IMG/VR virus record: IMGVR_UViG_3300020477_001008 | Span: 178,647-242,646 of that record | Reading direction: 5' to 3' (one strand) | Length of the DNA stretch: 64,000 nt | Part shown: positions 58,240 to 64,000 of the stretch, in pieces | Position numbering within the stretch: the stretch's first letter is position 1 | How the letters are laid out: every line of letters begins with the position of its first letter | Program-made: the position numbers and the translations under genes | The notes under the pieces: model-generated | The model's input: only the letters and a program-made list of their open reading frames with translations | Databases searched by the model: none | Told to the model about the DNA's origin: nothing

Positions 58240-58725
58240 ATGAAAAACAATATAAGAAAATGGAAACAATTAATTGAAAGCTGTGGTGAAATAAACCACA
58301 CTGATTCTGGCGAACACGACCACGAAGCTTCAATGGCACGTGGACAATTATATCATATAGCCAAAGATGCAATTAACTTAATCAAATTTATTGAAAAAGG
58401 TGAAAACCTAGAAGGTTGGGTTGCATCTAAAATTACTAAAGCAAAAGAAAATATATCAGTAGTTGCAGACTATATTGAGTCAGAAAAAACTGTTAACAAT
58501 AACGATTCACCTGAAGAATATACAAAAGTACCTGAAGAAATGCCTACAGAAGAAGATAGCAAATATACAAGTATGAACAAATACGGTATCTATACTACAA
58601 AAAGTAAAGATGGTGATTTTCAAGTTTGGCAACACGACAAACATTTAGGCTCTTTTAAAACTATTCAAGATGTAGATAAGTTCTTAACTACACATCTAAA
58701 CAAAGAATCCGTTGACAATCAATAA
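58240..58725 (+). CDS. Putative head protein
   Basis: KQLIE leader; DHEASMARGQL...LEGWVASKITKA module; CTAAATA at 58203. Confidence 0.6.
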   Translation: MKNNIRKWKQLIESCGEINHTDSGEHDHEASMARGQLYHIAKDAINLIKFIEKGENLEGWVASKITKAKENISVVADYIESEKTVNNNDSPEEYTKVPEEMPTEEDSKYTSMNKYGIYTTKSKDGDFQVWQHDKHLGSFKTIQDVDKFLTTHLNKESVDNQ

Positions 58726-58740
58726 TTAATATTGTATTCT
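58712..58740 (+). promoter_or_regulatory. Sigma70-type promoter for tRNA-Thr/Asn and fdx
   Basis: TTGACA-N17-TATTCT. Confidence 0.65.
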
Positions 58741-58750
58741 ATTAACTTAT

Positions 58751-58826
58751 GCCGCTTTAGCTCAGTTGGTAGAGCAACTGATTTGTAATCAGTAGGTCCG
58801 CGGTTCGAGTCCGTGAAGCGGCACCA
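58751..58826 (+). tRNA. tRNA-Thr (TGT)
   Basis: GCCGCTT/AAGCGGC, ACTGA TT TGT AA TCAGT, CCA. Confidence 0.97.
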
Positions 58827-58837
58827 GGCTACCACAT

Positions 58838-58913
58838 TCCTCGGTAGCTCAGTTGGTAGAGCAGTTGACTGTTAATCAATTGGTCGCAGGTTCGAGTCCT
58901 GCCCGAGGAGCCA
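58838..58913 (+). tRNA. tRNA-Asn (GTT)
   Basis: TCCTCGG/CCGAGGA, GTTGA CT GTT AA TCAAT, CCA. Confidence 0.97.
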
Positions 58914-58926
58914 AAAAGGATTAACA

Positions 58927-59232
58927 ATGACACTGACTATTAATGTTATAGATAGAGACGGAAATAATCATAAAATTGAAACATTTGAAGGCCAATCTAT
59001 AGCTCAAGCAATTGTTCAACATATAAAACCAAGTGAATTTATGATATGTGGAGGTTGTTGTGCTTGTGGTACGTGTGCTGTTGATATTGATAAAAAAGGC
59101 GAACTACCTGAAATGGATGTTGATGAAGATGCATTATTAGATACAGTAGATGATAGAAATCCTAATAGTAGATTAAGTTGCCAAGTACCAATGACTAAAG
59201 AGCTTGATGGAGTTACAGTAAAGATAATATGA
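58927..59232 (+). CDS. fdx: [2Fe-2S] ferredoxin, adrenodoxin/Fdx type
   Basis: CGGCCACGTC...EDALLD...SRLSCQ. Confidence 0.9.
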   Translation: MTLTINVIDRDGNNHKIETFEGQSIAQAIVQHIKPSEFMICGGCCACGTCAVDIDKKGELPEMDVDEDALLDTVDDRNPNSRLSCQVPMTKELDGVTVKII

Positions 59233-59969
59233 TAAAATCATTTACGGTATTTGCACCACAACGTTCCGGAACCAATTACACAGAACATCTTATAACTCAA
59301 AATTTTAAAAATATACATTGTCATTTACCTATGAATGAGTATGCGTGGAAGCACGAACCTAGTGCAAAAAGAATTTATGGAAATTATAAAGAGCATAGAA
59401 AAGAATTAAGACAACATTTACATTTACTTGTAACAAAATATGTTTATAAATGGATTGAAAGTATACAACGGAATGCAGTTGATATTGTTATAAGAAGACC
59501 TGAACTATTAGATATTTCATATTGTAGTTCACACGAAAAATTAAAAACAGAAAACAATATGCAAGTACCAATATCTTGGGTAGTTGGTGAAATAAATTTA
59601 ATTGAACTTGTAAAATTATGGAATGAATTTTATAATAATTGGTTAGAAATGGGACCAAAGTTTAAGCATTGGGGAATAGTAAAGTATGAAAGTCTATTAG
59701 TAAGAGAGTTAAGGCAAAATTTTTTACAAGCTATGCAAAAAACTTATGGATTAGAAAAAGTTAACTTAACTGGCTGGAATTTACCAGTAGCAGTACCAAT
59801 GTCTCCAAGATGGAATAAATCTTTAGCAATAGTTAAGAGCAGAGATTATTCAGATTTAAGTAGATGTTATAAATTAACACAAAATCAAATAGATATTATA
59901 GATACGTTAGTAGACAAAGATTTGCTAGACAAATTAGGATACCCTACAGAAAAACCTATATCCAATTGA
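59229..59969 (+). CDS. Sulfotransferase-fold protein
   Basis: APQRSGTN (5'-PSB loop), KH, VTKYVYKWIES (3'-PB-like), VKYESL. Confidence 0.6.
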   Translation: MIKSFTVFAPQRSGTNYTEHLITQNFKNIHCHLPMNEYAWKHEPSAKRIYGNYKEHRKELRQHLHLLVTKYVYKWIESIQRNAVDIVIRRPELLDISYCSSHEKLKTENNMQVPISWVVGEINLIELVKLWNEFYNNWLEMGPKFKHWGIVKYESLLVRELRQNFLQAMQKTYGLEKVNLTGWNLPVAVPMSPRWNKSLAIVKSRDYSDLSRCYKLTQNQIDIIDTLVDKDLLDKLGYPTEKPISN

Positions 59970-59994
59970 CACATTATACTTTATAGTATATAAT
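59966..59994 (+). promoter_or_regulatory. Perfect sigma70 promoter, leaderless spacing
   Basis: TTGACA-N17-TATAAT-N6-ATG 60001. Confidence 0.8.
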
Positions 59995-60000
59995 CTTAAT

Positions 60001-60231
60001 ATGACAGAATTTACTAATGGAATATTTAAAGTAGTTGCCGGTACTAGTATAGGCCGTGCGTTAATTTATACACTTGGTCATATTATAATTGCAATGACAG
60101 TTGTAAGTTTAGTTACGGGTGCTAGTTTATGGGAAGCGGGGTTAGTTGCTTTAATAGAGCCTACTATAAATGGTTGTTGGTATTATTGTCTTGATAAATT
60201 ATGTACAAAGTACATAAGACAAAGTACATAA
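60001..60231 (+). CDS. DUF2061-like small membrane protein
   Basis: RALIYTLGHIIIAMTV...ALIEP.ING.WYY.LDK. Confidence 0.6.
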   Translation: MTEFTNGIFKVVAGTSIGRALIYTLGHIIIAMTVVSLVTGASLWEAGLVALIEPTINGCWYYCLDKLCTKYIRQST

Positions 60232-60233
60232 GA
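60206..60233 (+). repeat. Perfect 14-bp tandem duplication
   Basis: CAAAGTACATAAGA x2. Confidence 0.9.
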
Positions 60234-60240
60234 TCTTAAT

Positions 60241-60316
60241 GGGGGATTAGCTCATCTGGGAGAGCGCCTGATTTGCATTCAGGAGGTGGCTGGTTCGAGT
60301 CCAGTATCCTCCACCA
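60241..60316 (+). tRNA. tRNA-Ala (TGC)
   Basis: GGGGGAT/ATCCTCC with G3:U70, CCTGA TT TGC AT TCAGG, CCA. Confidence 0.97.
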
Positions 60317-60409
60317 AATTCATTAATAATTATAATAGCATATTTTAAATCATTAACTCATCATTTAAATACAGTTATACGGTATAGGAATAACTAAAAA
60401 GAGAGAGCG

Positions 60410-61390
60410 ATGAGTTTAAAACAAATTATTGAAACAGTTGGTATAGTTGGAATGGCGGCATTATTTTGCTGGTTCCTATTAATGAGTGCTACAAGTATGA
60501 ATAGAGCATACGCAGATGTAACAAACTCAGGTGCAACTACAAATACGCAAACAAATACTTCAGGTTCAAACACTACTATCTCAGGTGGTTATGCGGCTGA
60601 AACAACAAACACATATCAGGATGGCTCATCAAACAATACTACTACTAATAACGATACTACTAATACAACAAATAACAAATCAACTATTCCAGTACCAAGT
60701 GCAGGTGCTCCAAGTATGAGTGCTTACTCTCAAGATGTTTGTGCTGTTGGTAGATCAGGTGGTTTACAATTACCAGGTGTTGGTTTATCAGGTGGTAGTA
60801 CAGCAAGAGATATGAATTGTGAACGTATGAAGCTTTCTAAATTATTAAATGATTATGGTATGAAGGTTGCCGCGGTGGCAATACTCTGCCAAGACGAAAG
60901 AGTGTTTGAAGCAATGGAACAAGCAGGTACTCCTTGTCCGTTTGAAGGTCGAATTGGTAAAGATGCAAAAGCACAATGGGAAAAATACGATATTGAAAGA
61001 CCAGATTACGACAAGTATGTTGAGAAAATGGATGAACGTTTAGAAATAGATGAACGTATTATGAAAGAAGAAGGTGTACTTGAAGAAAACGAAACTTTAA
61101 AAGTAAACATAAAACAAATTGCAAAAGATAATAAAAAATTACAAAAAGAAATACAAAAGTTACAAAAAATGCAGGCAGAATTACTAGCGGCGGCTGAGGA
61201 AGAAGCATCTAAAACAGAAAAGATGATATTACCAAAGAAAAAGCCAGTAGTAGAAACAGTGAATCCAGAAGTGCATACTGATAATAATGATGAGCAGGCT
61301 TGGAATGAGCTTGATGATGAAGCTGTAGAAGATCCATCTGAAGTAATTGAGCCAGTAGCAGAGACAGAATACAATTCAGCAGGGAAGTAA
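60410..61390 (+). CDS. Secreted/membrane protein with Cys-containing conserved domain
   Basis: N-terminal hydrophobic segment, Thr/Asn-rich repeats, SQDVC...NCERMKLSK...LCQDERVFEAM..AGTPCP, coiled coil. Confidence 0.7.
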   Translation: MSLKQIIETVGIVGMAALFCWFLLMSATSMNRAYADVTNSGATTNTQTNTSGSNTTISGGYAAETTNTYQDGSSNNTTTNNDTTNTTNNKSTIPVPSAGAPSMSAYSQDVCAVGRSGGLQLPGVGLSGGSTARDMNCERMKLSKLLNDYGMKVAAVAILCQDERVFEAMEQAGTPCPFEGRIGKDAKAQWEKYDIERPDYDKYVEKMDERLEIDERIMKEEGVLEENETLKVNIKQIAKDNKKLQKEIQKLQKMQAELLAAAEEEASKTEKMILPKKKPVVETVNPEVHTDNNDEQAWNELDDEAVEDPSEVIEPVAETEYNSAGK

Positions 61391-61393
61391 TAG

Positions 61394-63247
61394 ATGAGAG
61401 TGTTTCTTTCAACACTCGTTATAACACTAGGACTGGTGTTATTTTCTACAAACGTGGGCGGTGAAACAGCAACGTCATCAAACTTGTTACCTCAAGGTTC
61501 AGGTTGTAGTCAAACTTATGATGATAATAGTGTAAGTGTACCAGGAGTAGGTTGTTCGGGTAGTGGAAAAAATTTATCAACAGGGGATACAACTAATCAA
61601 GGTTTTGATGTAAGATCAGGTACAGGATACGAATTTGGTACAAGTGGAACTCAAGATTTAGAATCAAATGGTAACATAACAATAGGCTCATCAGGTTCAC
61701 TAGAAAATCTTAATATCATAACAGAGAACGCCACAAGTCATACAACTACAACAGATAGTTTAGATGGTGGTGTTACACTAAAGTCAACCACAGAAACGCA
61801 GAACTGTGAATGGACAGGATCAAGTTATCAATGTGGACAAGCACGTTCAGGCAGAGACACATTCACAGTCAGAGTACAGATCAAAGATGCTAGTGGTAAC
61901 GTGTTGGCCACAGTAGAACAACAAAGGAACACAGATGCTGGTTATTATGGTAACTCAGCTGTACACGATGATACAGTAACTTATACAGGAGAAGGCTCAA
62001 GAAGCTGGGACTGGCAATGGACAGGTACAGATGGTAACAATCCAAATGCTACCAGCAGTAGGCAAGGACCAAACTTGTTAGGTGCGGCACTATATTTGAC
62101 ACTAGCAGACGTTAACTATACGCCAACGCCACCTATATCAGAAGAAACACAAGAAGAAATTAATGAAGCAAATGAAGCCATAGAAGAAGTAGAGGAAATT
62201 ATTGAAAATATTCCAATAGAAGAAATAGTAGAAGGTGTTGAAGAAGTTGCTATAGAAGAACCAACTGTTGAAGTAGCGGAACCTACAATAGAAGAACCAA
62301 CAGTAGAGATTGAACAACAAGCATTCCAAGAATCATTTGAAGAAAACTTTACAGCAATAATTGAAGAAGAAGGTTTAACAGAAACATTTGAACAAGCATT
62401 AGAAGAAGAAGGTATTACAGAAGAACAATTTTTTGAATCAGTAACAGAAATGGTTACAGAAGAATTTGCAACGCCTACAGAATCAGAACCTACTGTAGAA
62501 GAACCTACTGTAGAAGAAGAACCAGTAGTGGAAGAAAGTCCAGTAGTAGAAGAAACACCTACAGAAGAAGAAACAGTAAATACTAACGAAGAGTCAGTAG
62601 AAACAGAAACTGAGCCAACTACAGAAACAGAAGCGGAAACAACTGAAAGTGAGCCTAGTACTGAAACATCATCAGAACCTGAAACGTCAGAAACTGAAAC
62701 GGAAAGCACAGAGAGTGAGACCGAGTCTACAGAATCAGAAGAAGCTGAGACAACTGAACAAGAAGAGTCCACTGGTAATGAGGAAGAGTCAGTGGAAGAA
62801 GGTAACGAGGAAGCATCCACTGATGAACAAGATGGTGCAGATGGAAGTGTTGATACCGATAGTGTAGAATCAGCAGTTAGTGAAATTCAAGCTAAAGTAG
62901 AAAAAGTACTTAAAAAATTAGAATCAAAATTAAAAACAATTGATCAAAAATTAAAAGTTATATCAATTGTAACTTTACAAGGTATGGTTGAAGATCAACC
63001 TGATATGACAGAATATACTCAAACGCAATTTTATGATACAAGAAAAATGTCTGATAATCCAGATTGGTATGCAGAAGATCAATTATTAAATGCTTACAGT
63101 AGATCAATATATCAAAATATTACGTTAGCAGAGTATCAAACTAGCGATCCTGTGTTCCAACATACAGAATCGGTAAATAGAGTAAACGAAACAATAGGCC
63201 GATTAGAGGCTGAACTAGAGGTATTAAGAAATGAACTTAATGAATAA
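61394..63247 (+). CDS. Secreted protein with long Glu/Thr-rich low-complexity stalk
   Basis: Signal peptide, beta-rich domain, EEPTVEE/ETE repeats, C-terminal coiled coil. Confidence 0.7.
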   Translation: MRVFLSTLVITLGLVLFSTNVGGETATSSNLLPQGSGCSQTYDDNSVSVPGVGCSGSGKNLSTGDTTNQGFDVRSGTGYEFGTSGTQDLESNGNITIGSSGSLENLNIITENATSHTTTTDSLDGGVTLKSTTETQNCEWTGSSYQCGQARSGRDTFTVRVQIKDASGNVLATVEQQRNTDAGYYGNSAVHDDTVTYTGEGSRSWDWQWTGTDGNNPNATSSRQGPNLLGAALYLTLADVNYTPTPPISEETQEEINEANEAIEEVEEIIENIPIEEIVEGVEEVAIEEPTVEVAEPTIEEPTVEIEQQAFQESFEENFTAIIEEEGLTETFEQALEEEGITEEQFFESVTEMVTEEFATPTESEPTVEEPTVEEEPVVEESPVVEETPTEEETVNTNEESVETETEPTTETEAETTESEPSTETSSEPETSETETESTESETESTESEEAETTEQEESTGNEEESVEEGNEEASTDEQDGADGSVDTDSVESAVSEIQAKVEKVLKKLESKLKTIDQKLKVISIVTLQGMVEDQPDMTEYTQTQFYDTRKMSDNPDWYAEDQLLNAYSRSIYQNITLAEYQTSDPVFQHTESVNRVNETIGRLEAELEVLRNELNE

Positions 63248-63584
63248 ATTAACTCAATGGGGATCTTTGATCGGAGTCATTTGTGCTATCGGTGGTGGAT
63301 TTTATGCTTGGGGTGAATTTAATACAAGATTATCATCAATTGAAAATAGCGGTAACGTTAACGAATTAAGAGTAGATATGGTTGACAGAATTACAGCTAT
63401 TGAAGATAAACTTGAAGCACAATCAGAATCAGATTTAGGATCTATCCAATCTGACATTAGTGCTATTAAAGAAGATTTATCTAAAGCATTAAAAGAAATC
63501 GAAATTGGCAAAAAAGTGGACGAACTTCAAGATACTAAAATTGAAGCAGTAAGATTAAAAGCAACAAATCCACTCGCAAACTAA
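63231..63584 (+). CDS. Single-TM coiled-coil protein
   Basis: LIGVICAIGGGFYAWGEF..RL..IE, then heptads. Confidence 0.65.
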   Translation: MNLMNKLTQWGSLIGVICAIGGGFYAWGEFNTRLSSIENSGNVNELRVDMVDRITAIEDKLEAQSESDLGSIQSDISAIKEDLSKALKEIEIGKKVDELQDTKIEAVRLKATNPLAN

Positions 63585-63588
63585 ACTA

Positions 63589-63617
63589 TTGACAAAAACC
63601 AATTTGTACAATAGTAT
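63589..63617 (+). promoter_or_regulatory. Sigma70-type promoter for tRNA-Gly
   Basis: TTGACA-N17-TAGTAT. Confidence 0.65.
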
Positions 63618-63627
63618 AGAAGTATAG

Positions 63628-63702
63628 GCGGGTGTAGCTCAGTGGTAGAGCGTCTCGTTGCCAACGAGAAGGTCAAGGGTTCGAACCCCTTTACCCGCTC
63701 CA
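63628..63702 (+). tRNA. tRNA-Gly (GCC)
   Basis: GCGGGTG/TACCCGC, TCTCG TT GCC AA CGAGA, CCA. Confidence 0.97.
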
Positions 63703-63716
63703 GACAAAGGATTGAA

Positions 63717-64000
63717 ATGCAAGAAGAAAAATTTAAAAAATTCACTGGAATGGTCCAGCAAGAAATATACAGTGAGCCAGACTCAGAATTACATCAAAAA
63801 TTAATTGATGAAATATTTCCTGCTTTAGCACAAAGGCCAGATGGTCCAAAAAAGGATGAAAAAATTCTTGATATTGGTTGTGGACCAGGTTTAGTTATGG
63901 ACAAGTTAGTTGAACTAGGTTATAAAAAAGAAAATTTAGTTGGGCTTACAAAAGGTAAATCAGATATTCAAAGAGTAACAGAAAAAGGTTATCGTGTTGT
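63717..64000 (+). CDS. Class I SAM-dependent methyltransferase, 3'-truncated
   Basis: MQEEKF...KILDIGCGPG; runs off the window end. Confidence 0.75.
   Translation, partial: MQEEKFKKFTGMVQQEIYSEPDSELHQKLIDEIFPALAQRPDGPKKDEKILDIGCGPGLVMDKLVELGYKKENLVGLTKGKSDIQRVTEKGYRV

Noticed and set aside
62150-62860. Repetitive GAA/ACA-rich DNA as a possible CRISPR array or satellite
   Set aside because: Imperfect in-frame repeats encoding an EEPTV/ETE low-complexity stalk; no constant repeat with unique spacers. No CRISPR array was seen anywhere in the window.
254-63511. All minus-strand ORFs and short overlapping plus-strand ORFs in the track (e.g. 452-838, 12724-13119, 18034-18222, 24138-24374, 62116-62820)
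   Set aside because: They are shadows of well-supported + strand genes, with Ser/Phe/Leu-rich antisense composition and no motifs.
1-64000. Interpretation as a bacterial (SAR11-like) chromosome segment
   Set aside because: Housekeeping genes lack their operon partners, all genes are on one strand for 64 kb, and there are T4-like late boxes, a fibre-like gene and capsid-targeting-like leaders.
1-64000. Stop-codon reassignment or selenocysteine recoding
   Set aside because: Recognisable genes are full length in code 11; TAG ends several genes (4275, 7855, 14700, 54475) and TGA occurs at normal ATGA overlaps.

Overview
This AT-rich 64 kb window has essentially all real genes on the + strand, densely packed and often overlapping. 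It reads as part of a very large (jumbo/huge) tailed phage genome, not a cell chromosome. Host-like genes lack their normal operon partners (rplL without rplJ/rpoB, infC without rpmI/rplT, dnaK without dnaJ/grpE, sufB without sufC/sufD, clpP and clpX 15 kb apart). They sit among CCA-ending tRNAs, T4-like late-promoter boxes (TAAATA), a tail-fibre-like gene, an ATP-dependent ligase and many proteins with T4-like capsid-targeting N-termini. The host is inferred to be a marine alphaproteobacterium, possibly SAR11-like. Layout: (1) 1-18.6 kb, host-takeover genes: ClpX/ClpP/ClpS/DnaK/Hsp20, IF3/bS21/bL12, SufS/SufB/Nfu/SufT, ALDH, porin, a MotA/ExbB-type triad and SbmA. (2) 18.6-41.4 kb, an array of 13 radical SAM enzymes of two architectures, with glycosyltransferase-, methyltransferase-, PLP-, SGNH- and HAD-like genes and ferredoxin-NADP reductase. 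(3) 41.4-48.6 kb, DNA ligase/repair and small genes. (4) 48.6-58.7 kb, putative head-packaged, Glu-processed cargo proteins including SOD, PAP2, a nucleotidyltransferase-HAD fusion and a protein with a buried Tat signal. (5) 58.7-64 kb, tRNAs, 2Fe-2S ferredoxin, a sulfotransferase-like gene and a secreted three-gene module. The best candidate for an undescribed system is the radical SAM array plus a phage-encoded Fe-S assembly and electron-supply chain. Signals not explained by gene calls: a dnaX-type -1 slippery site opening a 70-codon frame that ends exactly on the clpX start, pervasive leaderless promoter-ATG spacing, tandem ROSE-like hairpins before hsp20, and apparent avoidance of CATG and GCWGC. 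All family assignments are from motif recognition by eye; no database searches were run.
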